Source of the DNA: Candidatus Aminicenantes bacterium
GTDB lineage: Bacteria; Acidobacteriota; Aminicenantia; Aminicenantales; JAFGBC01
NCBI GenBank assembly: GCA_963702005.1
Contig: OY969696.1
Span: forward strand, 3,840,001-3,904,000
DNA length: 64,000 nt
Direction: 5' to 3'
A program made the translations under genes and the position numbers. The notes beneath the pieces are model-generated. The model worked only from the letters and a program-made list of their open reading frames with translations, had not been told where the DNA came from and made no database searches. Positions 39,001 to 46,891 of this stretch are shown here, piece by piece; the first letter of the stretch is position 1; each line of letters opens with the position of its first letter.

Positions 39001-39164
39001 CCTGGTTCATGGGGGGCGGCAAACGCAAACCCGTTCAGAGCGTGGGCATCGGCCTGCGGGTGAATGTCTTCGGCTACCTGGTGGTGGGATTCAATTACGT
39101 CAAGCCGCTCAACCGGCCTCAAAAGGGCTGGCACCTCGAGTTCAGCCTCATGCCGGGGTTCTAA
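36093..39164 (+). CDS. Omp85/BamA-family outer membrane protein with N-terminal HExxH zincin-like domain and PD40/TolB-like beta-propeller
   Basis: Signal peptide; 'GHELVHAFQ...PLWLVEGMAEY'; WSPDG repeats; barrel motifs 'VRGY', 'NAELRFP', 'FYDAG', 'SVGIGLR'; terminal Phe. Confidence 0.85.
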   Translation: MRHPHFSRYTALAVLLLAGVALIASTAGAQYFGRNKVQYKTFDFKILKTDHFDVYFYMDRGAADRAARMAERWYARYSRFFNHELKGRQPLILYASSNEFQQTTVISGVIGEGTGGVTESFKRRIVVPVGISPAETDHVIGHELVHAFQYDIARSPRMGGGQTGADTGSAVERLPLWLVEGMAEYLSIGPIDPNTAMWMRDAARRKDIPDIKKLGNSYRYFPYRWGQALLSYIGGRWGDETVARLMTTAARMGDYQPVLEKVLGTTIKQLSADWKDALIKAYEPLGTLTQVQAKDSVPVVKGTEMNVYNISPTLSPDGKEFMFFSTRDLFSIDLFQGDPKTGKVTAKLTNTAVNPRFESLMFIYSAGAWSADGARYAFSAVSKGEPVLTVYDVHAKKFERDIVFPQLGEIFYPTWAPDSKRVAFSALENGISNLYIYNLETGVLRKVTDDDFAHLHPAWSPDGRSIAFVTDRFSSDPSILSVGTYELALLDPDTGEVRRVEAFSRAKNTNPQWSPDSRSLYFMSDVNGISNIYRIELETQKIFQVTNLYAGVSGITTISPAFSIAEKSGRLMFSAYDEGRFSLYSMEAPEALAGSPVLVQFGDYRPAVLPPMDRQPGLVLGLLRNPIFGLPETEEFPVTDYKPKLTLDLVSTPQVAVGVDRFGTYGGGGITLYWSDMLGEHTVATMAQVSNRLQDSAALVGYMNSQHRLNWGAVVERIPYVYDLPVYYEDMVYNEPAAIEEEYIYRQINYEAQGFLTYPFSQVQRLEFGAGATLIDFQSEVRTYAYSLIDYTTLINEKTSLPAPPSIAYGFAQASLVYDSALFGATGPIIGQSYLLEASPVIGTLTFTTLMADYRRYFMPVRPFTLAFRMLHYGRYGKSADDERLYPIYLGYDGLVRGYDYNTFDASEFEGSDAFDFNRLLGSRILVANAELRFPLFGLLGIGRGYYGVFPIDFLAFYDAGVAWQNGVKPWFMGGGKRKPVQSVGIGLRVNVFGYLVVGFNYVKPLNRPQKGWHLEFSLMPGF

Positions 39165-39168
39165 AAAT

Positions 39169-39252
39169 AATTCTGGGGACACACGACTTAATTCCGAATT
39201 CTTCCTCTTCTGAAGACTGAAGAGGGGAATTAAGTCGTGTGTCCCCAGAATT
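39169..39252. repeat. GGGGAC...GTCCCC palindromic element with 27-bp perfect arms
   Basis: AATTCTGGGGACACACGACTTAATTCC (39169-39195) / GGAATTAAGTCGTGTGTCCCCAGAATT (39226-39252); inner hairpin CCTCTTC/GAAGAGG. Confidence 0.9.
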
Positions 39253-39346
39253 TCTGGGACGGATTGACAGTCTAGCGGGGCTGTAATATACATCGTTAGG
39301 GACTCGAACGTGAATTTATGCCCCGCCTTCACCAAGGAGGACAATA

Positions 39347-42007
39347 ATGCCCGCTTCCGCTCCTATCCGTCTCGGTCTTGTCATCGCGCTTCTCTGCGCC
39401 GGGGCCGTCGTGCTTAAAGCCGCCGAGCCGCCGGCCGGGCCGCGCCCTCCGGCCGCGCTCCGCTGCGAATACCTCGAAAACCCGATGGGGATCAACATGC
39501 CCCATCCCCGTTTCTTCTGGGTCCTCGATCACCTCGAGCGCGGCCAGCGCCAGACCGCCTACCAGGTCGTGGTTTCGACCAAGCCCGACGCCGCCGGCGG
39601 CGACATGTGGGACAGCGGGAAAACCGTCTCCCCTCAGTCGACTCAGGTCGCCTACGCCGGCAAGCCGCTCGTCGGCGGCCGCGCCTATTACTGGAAGGTC
39701 AAGTATTGGGACAAGGGCGGGCAAGAGAGCGCCTGGAGCGAGGTCGCGAGCTTCGATACAGGCTTGTTCGGGCGCGAGGATTGGAAGGCCAAGTGGATCC
39801 GCGGCCGAGGGCTGTTCCGCAAAGAATTCGAGGTGCCGGGCAAGATCGCCCGGGCGCGCGCCTACCTCTCCGGCCTCGGCTATTCCGAGCTGTACCTCAA
39901 CGGGCACAAGGTCGGGCCCAACGTGCTCGACCCGGCCTGGACGACCTACGACAAGCGCGTCCTCTACCTCACCCATGACGTGACCCGTTTCCTCCGCGAA
40001 GGACCGAACGCCGCGGGCGTCATGCTCGGCCGAGGCTGGTTCAAGTCGCGGGCCCTCCTCCTCCGGCTCACGATCGAGCTCGAGGACGGCCGCGCCGTCG
40101 AGGTCCCCAGCGACGGCTCCTGGAAGACCGCCGACGGCCCGATCGTTTCCGACAGCATCTACAACGGCGAAATTTTCGACGCCCAGATCGATGAGCCCGG
40201 CTGGGCGCTCCCCGGGTTCGACGAAGGCCGCTGGGCTAAGGCGGAGGAATTCCAAGGCCCGGCCGGCGTCCTGTCGGCCCAGCTCATGCCGCCCATCAAG
40301 GTCGTGGACACGATCGTCCCGCTCACGATGACGAACCCCCGGCCCGGCGTCTATGTGTTCGACATGGGGCAGAACTTCGCGGGCTGGGTACGGCTCCGCG
40401 TCCGCGGCCCGCGCGGCGCGGCCGTCAGGCTCCGGTTCGCCGAGCTTCTCTACGACGATGGAACCCTCAACGTCGAAAATCTGCGCGGGGCCCGGGCCGA
40501 GGACCGCTACGTCCTCAAGGGTCAAGGCGAGGAGGTTTGGGAGCCTCGTTTCACCTACCACGGCTTCCGCTACGTCGAGCTGACGGGCTTCCCGGGGATT
40601 CCGACCGCGGAGACCATCCGGGGCCGCGTGGTGCGGACGGCCGTCTCGCAGATCGGGAGCTTCGCCTGCTCCAAGCCCATCCTCGATAAGCTCCAGCGGA
40701 ACATCGTCTGGGGACAGTCGTCGAATCTCCATTCCATCCCGACCGATTGCTGCCAGCGGGACGAGCGGATGGGCTGGATGGGCGACGCCCAGGGAACGGC
40801 CAAGGAGGCCATCTACAATTTCGACATGGCCGCTTTCTACACGAACTTTCTGCGCGACATCCGCGACGTCCAGGACGAGAAGGGAACGATCACCGACACC
40901 GTCCCCCACATCTGGGGCTCGCGGCCGGCCGATCCGGCCTGGGGCACGGCCTATCCCCTGATCGCCTGGTATATGTATCGGTACTACGGCGACCGCCGCA
41001 TCCTCGAGGATCACTACGACGGGATCCGCAAGTACGTCGAGTTCCTGAGGAGCAAAGCCGAGGCGGGGCTCCTCAAGTACAGTTACTACGGCGACTGGGT
41101 CGCGGTCGAGAAATGCCCGGGCGCGATCGTCTCCTCCTTTTACTATTACTACGACGTCAAAATCCTGGCCGACATGGCCCGCGTCCTGGGCAAGGCCGCG
41201 GATGCCGCCGCCTACGACAAGCTCGCCGGAGAGATTAAAGCGGCCTTCCACAAGGAGTATTTCAACGCCAAGACGGGCGACTACGGGGACGGGACCCAGG
41301 CGGCCAACACGCTGGCCCTCTTCCTGGATATCGCGCCCGAGGAGGCGCGGGGACGGGCCTGGGACCGGCTGTTCGACGACATCGTCTACAAGCACGGTTC
41401 GCACCTGACGACGGGCATCATCGGCACCAAGTACATCATGGAGCTCCTGACCCGGACGGGGGTGGCGGACCTCGCCTACGACATCGCGACCAAGACCGAT
41501 TACCCGAGCTGGGGCTATATGATCGAGAACGGCGCGACAACCCTCTGGGAGCTGTGGCAGAAACGGGAGGGTCCGTCCATGAACTCCCACAACCACCCCA
41601 TGTTCGGGAGCGTCGGGTCCTGGCTCTACAAAGCCCTGGGCGGGATCTCCCTCGCCGAAGAGGCGACCGGGTTCGAGAAAATTCTCATCCATCCTGAAAT
41701 GGTCAGAGACCTCGCCTATGCGGCCGCCTCGACGCGGACGGTCCGTGGAGACGTCGCCTGCGCCTGGAGCCGGACGGACAAGTCCGTGCGGGTCGAAGTC
41801 ACGGTCCCGGTCGGCAGCGAGGCGGAGGTCCGGATCCCCAAGTTCAACCTGCTCAACGCCGTGATCACGGAGGGCGGGACGCCGATCTGGAAGGGCGATG
41901 TTTATCTGCCGGGCCCGGCGGGGATCGCCGATGTCAAGAAGATCCAGGACGGCTTCATGATTGCGATCGGCTCGGGCCGCTACGTCTTCGAACTTTCGGG
42001 AGACTAA
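39347..42007 (+). CDS. GH78 alpha-L-rhamnosidase
   Basis: 'LRCEYLENPMGI', 'DMGQNFAGW', 'PTDCCQRDERMGWMGD', 'GATTLWE', 'NSHNHPMFG'; RBS AAGGAGG. Confidence 0.95.
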   Translation: MPASAPIRLGLVIALLCAGAVVLKAAEPPAGPRPPAALRCEYLENPMGINMPHPRFFWVLDHLERGQRQTAYQVVVSTKPDAAGGDMWDSGKTVSPQSTQVAYAGKPLVGGRAYYWKVKYWDKGGQESAWSEVASFDTGLFGREDWKAKWIRGRGLFRKEFEVPGKIARARAYLSGLGYSELYLNGHKVGPNVLDPAWTTYDKRVLYLTHDVTRFLREGPNAAGVMLGRGWFKSRALLLRLTIELEDGRAVEVPSDGSWKTADGPIVSDSIYNGEIFDAQIDEPGWALPGFDEGRWAKAEEFQGPAGVLSAQLMPPIKVVDTIVPLTMTNPRPGVYVFDMGQNFAGWVRLRVRGPRGAAVRLRFAELLYDDGTLNVENLRGARAEDRYVLKGQGEEVWEPRFTYHGFRYVELTGFPGIPTAETIRGRVVRTAVSQIGSFACSKPILDKLQRNIVWGQSSNLHSIPTDCCQRDERMGWMGDAQGTAKEAIYNFDMAAFYTNFLRDIRDVQDEKGTITDTVPHIWGSRPADPAWGTAYPLIAWYMYRYYGDRRILEDHYDGIRKYVEFLRSKAEAGLLKYSYYGDWVAVEKCPGAIVSSFYYYYDVKILADMARVLGKAADAAAYDKLAGEIKAAFHKEYFNAKTGDYGDGTQAANTLALFLDIAPEEARGRAWDRLFDDIVYKHGSHLTTGIIGTKYIMELLTRTGVADLAYDIATKTDYPSWGYMIENGATTLWELWQKREGPSMNSHNHPMFGSVGSWLYKALGGISLAEEATGFEKILIHPEMVRDLAYAAASTRTVRGDVACAWSRTDKSVRVEVTVPVGSEAEVRIPKFNLLNAVITEGGTPIWKGDVYLPGPAGIADVKKIQDGFMIAIGSGRYVFELSGD

Positions 42008-42028
42008 AAGCCGGTGCTCCTTCGGGAC

Positions 42029-43174
42029 ATGCGGCGGGACAAGATCACGGGCCTGATCGGGGCGGGGATTTTTACGCTCGGGATCGCCTGCCCGTCGCTC
42101 GCCGTCGACCGGAGGGAAAACCGGTTTCCGATCCTTGCCTGGTACGGCCCCGATAGAGCGGTCACATCGCGCGAGGTCTATCGAAAGATGGTCGAGGCCG
42201 GCCGTCCGCTCTCCGAGCTCGACGCCGTCATCGCCGATTACACGCGCCAGGCCGCCTTCTGGGGATATTACATTCAGGACGAGCCGAACGCGGCCCGCTT
42301 CGAGAGGCTGGGAGCGATCGCCGCCTACCTGAAGACAAAGGATCCGCGCCATCCTTCGTACATCAACCTCTTCCCGACCTACGCGACCGGCGAGCAGCTC
42401 GGGACCCCGACCTACCGCGAGCACTGCGAAGCTTATCTGAAGACGGTTCGTCCCGAGTTCGTCAGCTATGACCACTACCCCATCCTTCCCGATAAACTCC
42501 GTGAGGACTATTATCTCAACCTCGAGATCATCCGTGACCTGGCCATGAAAAACGGCCTCCCCTTCTGGGCGTTCACGCTGTCCGTCCCGCACCTCATCTA
42601 TCCTAAGCCGACGCTCGGCCATCTCCGTTTCCAGGTCTGGAGCGACCTCGCCTACGGCGCCAAGGCCGTCCAGTATTTCACGTACGGCTCGCCCCAGAGT
42701 CAGGACTTCCGGACCGCGCTCATCGACCAGACGGGAGGCACGACCGACCTCTGGGAGCTAGCCCGGCAAGTCAACGGCGAAATTCGGCGGGTCGAATCTC
42801 TCCTCCTCGCCTGGCGGTCCCTGGCCGTTTATCACGCCCAGCCGGTTCCGAACAGATGCCTGCCGTTTCCGGCGGAAGGGCCCGTGACGGGAATCGAGGG
42901 CGGCCCATTCCTGGCCGGGATCCTGGAGGCGGAAGGGGATGAATACATCGTGATCGTCAACCGGGATTATGAGAATCCTCGAACGGCCGTCGCCCATTTC
43001 TCACGGGATGTGATCGGGGTTGAAGAAATCGCCAAGGACCCTAATTGCTGCCCGTTCCGGGCTCGTTGGGCCGCCGATTCAACCGACCGCGTTTGCGCCC
43101 TCCTCATCGAGCCCGGCGACGCCCGCATCCTCAAGATCAGGCCCGAGTCCGTCGTCGTGCTGGAGGGCCAATGA
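42029..43174 (+). CDS. Secreted clan GH-A-like TIM-barrel protein, possibly internally deleted
   Basis: 'FPILAWYG', 'GYYIQDEP', 'YINLFP', 'SYDHYP', 'LAYGAKAVQYFTY'. Confidence 0.7.
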   Translation: MRRDKITGLIGAGIFTLGIACPSLAVDRRENRFPILAWYGPDRAVTSREVYRKMVEAGRPLSELDAVIADYTRQAAFWGYYIQDEPNAARFERLGAIAAYLKTKDPRHPSYINLFPTYATGEQLGTPTYREHCEAYLKTVRPEFVSYDHYPILPDKLREDYYLNLEIIRDLAMKNGLPFWAFTLSVPHLIYPKPTLGHLRFQVWSDLAYGAKAVQYFTYGSPQSQDFRTALIDQTGGTTDLWELARQVNGEIRRVESLLLAWRSLAVYHAQPVPNRCLPFPAEGPVTGIEGGPFLAGILEAEGDEYIVIVNRDYENPRTAVAHFSRDVIGVEEIAKDPNCCPFRARWAADSTDRVCALLIEPGDARILKIRPESVVVLEGQ

Positions 43175-43776
43175 GCCTGCCGTTCCTGCCGAAAGCGCTG
43201 ACCTGGGCTTTGATCCTGGCCAATGCTCTTTTCATCGCCCTCCTCATGATCCATAAGCCGAAAGAAGCGACCGCGAAGAGCCAGAGCTCCAGGGCGGTCC
43301 TGATCGGAGTCATCCTGCAGACTCTAAGCTATCCGGCGGCTTGGCTCGGCCGCCGCCCCGCCATCAATCCCTTCCGGGGAAAAGGCGGAGCGTGGGAAGG
43401 GGGTTGGGTTGAAATCCTAATCGCCCTCCTCAGCATCCTCGTCGCTTACGCATCCGTCCTGTTCTTCGTCTCCGTCAAGAAATACCTCGGCAAGCATTGG
43501 GCGCTGGGCGCGCGCGTCGTGGAGGGCCACGAGCTGGTGACGGACGGCCCCTACGGCCGGGTGCGGCACCCGCTCTATCTCGCGATGTTCGGGCTCCTCG
43601 CCGGAGCCATCGTCGGGGTCAGCTCGCTCGTGGGAGCGATCGTCGCGCTGGCCGCCTTCATCCCCGGCACCGTCCTGCGCGCCCGGGCCGAAGACAAGCT
43701 GCTCGCGGCGACGTTCGGAGCGAAGTTCGAAGAATACCGGTCGCGCGTTCCCGCGTTCATCCCGAAACCACGGTGA
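43171..43776 (+). CDS. Isoprenylcysteine carboxyl methyltransferase (ICMT/PEMT) family membrane protein
   Basis: 'HELVTDGPYGRVRHPLY', 'EDKLL...FG..FEEYRSRVPAFIP'; ATGA overlap with the upstream gene. Confidence 0.88.
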   Translation: MSLPFLPKALTWALILANALFIALLMIHKPKEATAKSQSSRAVLIGVILQTLSYPAAWLGRRPAINPFRGKGGAWEGGWVEILIALLSILVAYASVLFFVSVKKYLGKHWALGARVVEGHELVTDGPYGRVRHPLYLAMFGLLAGAIVGVSSLVGAIVALAAFIPGTVLRARAEDKLLAATFGAKFEEYRSRVPAFIPKPR

Positions 43777-43840
43777 CTCGGCATTGCATCTATAGCATTG
43801 ATATTATTGTAATTATACAGCGTTTACGGGCAACCGCCCA

Positions 43841-43869
43841 TTGACATTCCCCTCGATTCGAGCCACAAT
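43841..43869 (+). promoter_or_regulatory. Putative sigma70 promoter
   Basis: TTGACA-17 bp-CACAAT upstream of AGGAGG and ATG 43892. Confidence 0.55.
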
Positions 43870-43891
43870 GAAGATGGGGAAGGAGGACATC

Positions 43892-45511
43892 ATGACCAAG
43901 CTGCCTCTCGTTTTATTTATCGTAATCTCCATTGGACTCGGGCCGGGTTTCCTCGCCGCTCAAGCGCGGGACGAGGTCAAAGTGGCCTTCGAAAAGTCCG
44001 ACCGTCCCGGCCGCGCGGCCCATCTTATCAAGCCGCGCCCAACCGTTCCTGACGGAGCCGCGGCGACCTTTCGCCAGGTCCGGGTCAACATCTCCGACAT
44101 CATAACCGACATGCGCGCCGTCGACCTCGACAAGGACGGCATCATGGACCTGGTCATCCTCGATAAGCAGAACAAGCGCCTCAAGGTCTATCTCGGGGAT
44201 ACGGGCCTCGCCTTCACCAAGAGCTACAAATACGGCTTTGCCAAGGCCGGGGGCCGGTTCGTGGCCGTGGCCGACTTCGACAAGAGCGGCAAGCCCGACC
44301 TGGCCGTCGAGAATATCACGTCCACGAAACCCGTTTCGATATTCTTCGGGAAGGGAAACGGCCAGCTCGTCCCCTCGCCGCTGAACCTGACGGCAAAGGT
44401 CTCGGGCTACGGCGGGCTCAGCTTCGGCGCGGCCGCCGACCTCGACGGCAACGGCCTTCCGGACATCCTCGCTCAAGGCGTCAACTACGATCTCCATGCC
44501 TTCCTGAATCAGGGGAAAAAGAAGTTCAAGGCCGCGAACTTCAAGCCCGGCTTCGGCCGCGGGTTCGCCGCCGGAGACTTCAACGGCGACAAGAAAGACG
44601 ACGCTTTCTTGTACAACTGGGCGGATCATAAGGTCTATTTCTTCAAGGGGCTTGGCGACGGAACCTTTCTCAAGATGAACGGCTACAAGGCCGAGGATTC
44701 CTTCGCCAGCTGCGACCTTTACGCCGCCGACTTCAACAAGGACCACAAGCTAGACTTGCTTGGACAGGGTAAGGGCTTCTCCGACACCGGAAACAACTGG
44801 GTTTACATGGGCCGGGGGAACGGCCAGCTGGGAAACAGGAAACTCCTGCCCGGCAAAGGGGCCTTGAAGTACGGCGTCGCCGTCGCCGACCTCAACGGCG
44901 ACAAGATCCTCGACCTGGCCTCGGCCGAGGACGACGGCGTCTGGTTCTACGAGGGCAAAGGGACGGGCTCGTTCAACACGGCCGCTATCCTGGGCGAGGG
45001 GCTGGACTTCGGTTTCGGGGACTACGGCGCTCAGACCTTGGGTTGGGGCGATTTCAATAAGGACGGGAAACCGGACCTGGTCGGCGGCAACCCCCAGGGC
45101 CTGTTCTACAACCTCATTGTCTTCGTGAACGGCCTCACGCCGGCCACCCTCCAGATCTCCGACCTGGCCGTGACGACGCTCGTCCACACCACGAACCAGA
45201 TCAACTTCGCCGCGAGCTTCGGCTACGCGGGGTCGAACTGCGTGTTCAAGTACCTCGCCGGCGAAAGCGATCCCCGCAAGAGCGCCTTCCTCGTGTTCAA
45301 AGTCCAGATCGACTTGGGTTTCACCGACATCTACGTCACCTATTTCGTGACGGGCTCCTTCCTGAGCGGGATCAACCCCGACGGGGGGACGATCACCCTC
45401 AACTTGACGCTCCCCTCGCCGGTCACGGTCATCAGCGGTACGCCGCCCGACGTCAGCCTGCTCGAATTCTATCTCCGCGATTTCAACCTGGTTAAAAGCA
45501 ACGAGCTCTGA
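43892..45511 (+). CDS. Secreted FG-GAP/VCBS-repeat beta-propeller protein
   Basis: Seven DxDxDGxxD-type repeats (DLDKDGIMD, DFDKSGKPD, DLDGNGLPD, DFNGDKKDD, DFNKDHKLD, DLNGDKILD, DFNKDGKPD); signal peptide. Confidence 0.88.
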   Translation: MTKLPLVLFIVISIGLGPGFLAAQARDEVKVAFEKSDRPGRAAHLIKPRPTVPDGAAATFRQVRVNISDIITDMRAVDLDKDGIMDLVILDKQNKRLKVYLGDTGLAFTKSYKYGFAKAGGRFVAVADFDKSGKPDLAVENITSTKPVSIFFGKGNGQLVPSPLNLTAKVSGYGGLSFGAAADLDGNGLPDILAQGVNYDLHAFLNQGKKKFKAANFKPGFGRGFAAGDFNGDKKDDAFLYNWADHKVYFFKGLGDGTFLKMNGYKAEDSFASCDLYAADFNKDHKLDLLGQGKGFSDTGNNWVYMGRGNGQLGNRKLLPGKGALKYGVAVADLNGDKILDLASAEDDGVWFYEGKGTGSFNTAAILGEGLDFGFGDYGAQTLGWGDFNKDGKPDLVGGNPQGLFYNLIVFVNGLTPATLQISDLAVTTLVHTTNQINFAASFGYAGSNCVFKYLAGESDPRKSAFLVFKVQIDLGFTDIYVTYFVTGSFLSGINPDGGTITLNLTLPSPVTVISGTPPDVSLLEFYLRDFNLVKSNEL

Positions 45512-45520
45512 GACGGCCGC

Positions 45521-45549
45521 TTGTCAAGAAAGCGCGCTAAAGCTATAAT
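45521..45549 (+). promoter_or_regulatory. Putative strong sigma70 promoter
   Basis: TTGTCA-17 bp-TATAAT. Confidence 0.6.
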
Positions 45550-46696
45550 CGGACTTCAGAATTCAAAGGCGAAAGATACGACCATTCGCATAAAACCGCT
45601 TGCTATCGGAAACCGGATCGCCAGCGTCCCTATCATCCAGGGCGGGATGGGAGTCGGCATCTCGATGGCCGGGTTGGCCTCGGCCGTCGCCGACCAGGGC
45701 GGCATCGGCGTCATCGCCACTGCCGGCATCGGCATGCTCGAGCCGGACGGCTTCTCCAACTTCCTGGAGGCCAACGTCCGGGCCTTGAGGAACGAAATCC
45801 GCAAAGCCAAACGGAAGACCCGGGGCGTCCTGGGCGTCAACATCATGGTCGCCCTGTCCAACTTCGCCGACATGGTCCGGACCGCCGTCGAGGAAAAGAT
45901 CGACGTCATCTTCTCGGGCGCCGGCCTGCCCCTCAACCTTCCGGCCCTCGTCCAGAAGTCGGGGACGACCAAGCTGGTCCCCATCGTTTCCTCGGCCCGG
46001 GCGGCCGGCCTCATCATCCGGAAATGGCTGGCCAAGCACGATTATTGCCCCGACGCCGTCGTCGTCGAAGGCCCCCTGGCCGGAGGCCACCTGGGGTTCA
46101 AGCCGGATCAGATCGAAAACCCGAATTATGCCCTGGAAAAACTGATCCCCGAGGTCGTCGCCGAGGTCCGTCCCTTCGAGGACGAGCTCGGCCGGGCCAT
46201 TCCGGTCATCGCCGCGGGCGGGATCTACACGGGAAGCGACATTCACAAATTCATCGAGATGGGGGCGGCCGGCGTCCAGATGGCCACCCGCTTCGTCGGC
46301 ACGGACGAATGCGACGCGTCCCCCGAATTCAAGAACGCCTTCGTCGAAGCCGGGAAGGACGACCTGGTCATCATCGACAGCCCGGTCGGGATGCCGGGCC
46401 GGGCCATCAAGAACCAGTTCATCGACGACGTTCGGGCGGGCAAGAAGAAACCGTTCAAATGCCCCTTTCACTGCATCATCACCTGTAGGCAAAAAGCCAG
46501 CCCCTACTGCATCGCCCTGGCGCTCATCAGCGCCCTCAAGGGCCGGCTTAAACACGGCTTTGCTTTCGCCGGAGCCAACGCCTATCGTGTGAACAAGATC
46601 ATGTCCGTAAAGGCGCTCGTCGCCGAGCTCCTGGAGGAATACGGGGAGGCCGCCGCGGACGCGGAAACGGGGGGCGGCTTAAAAATTACGTATTGA
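45521..46696 (+). CDS. Nitronate monooxygenase / FabK-like flavin oxidoreductase (true start uncertain, possibly ~45578-45590)
   Basis: 'PIIQGGMGVGIS', 'VVEGPLAGGHLG', 'VIAAGGI', 'GVQMATRF', Cys cluster CPFHCIITC...YCI. Confidence 0.88.
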   Translation: MSRKRAKAIIGLQNSKAKDTTIRIKPLAIGNRIASVPIIQGGMGVGISMAGLASAVADQGGIGVIATAGIGMLEPDGFSNFLEANVRALRNEIRKAKRKTRGVLGVNIMVALSNFADMVRTAVEEKIDVIFSGAGLPLNLPALVQKSGTTKLVPIVSSARAAGLIIRKWLAKHDYCPDAVVVEGPLAGGHLGFKPDQIENPNYALEKLIPEVVAEVRPFEDELGRAIPVIAAGGIYTGSDIHKFIEMGAAGVQMATRFVGTDECDASPEFKNAFVEAGKDDLVIIDSPVGMPGRAIKNQFIDDVRAGKKKPFKCPFHCIITCRQKASPYCIALALISALKGRLKHGFAFAGANAYRVNKIMSVKALVAELLEEYGEAAADAETGGGLKITY

Positions 46697-46702
46697 TAAT
46701 AA

Positions 46703-46891
46703 TCAAGAGAGAGTATTTTTAATCTTTTCTCTCATCCACAGCGTCGCGAAGACGAACCAGCCGACCGAGGCCAGGTTGAAGGCCAGCTTGTAACCGCCCT
46801 CGCTCATCTTCCCCACGAAATAAAGAACCGGAACGGCCAGACAAACCCCGAAGCTCACGATCGCCCCGAACCCGGACAGCCGCTTGATCAT
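46703..46891 (-). CDS. 62-aa two-TM membrane protein coupled to the permease
   Basis: RBS GGAGGAG, ATGA overlap with the permease stop; MIKRLSGFGAIVSFGVCLAVPVLYF...GWFVFATLW. Confidence 0.7.
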   Translation of the reverse strand: MIKRLSGFGAIVSFGVCLAVPVLYFVGKMSEGGYKLAFNLASVGWFVFATLWMREKIKNTLS

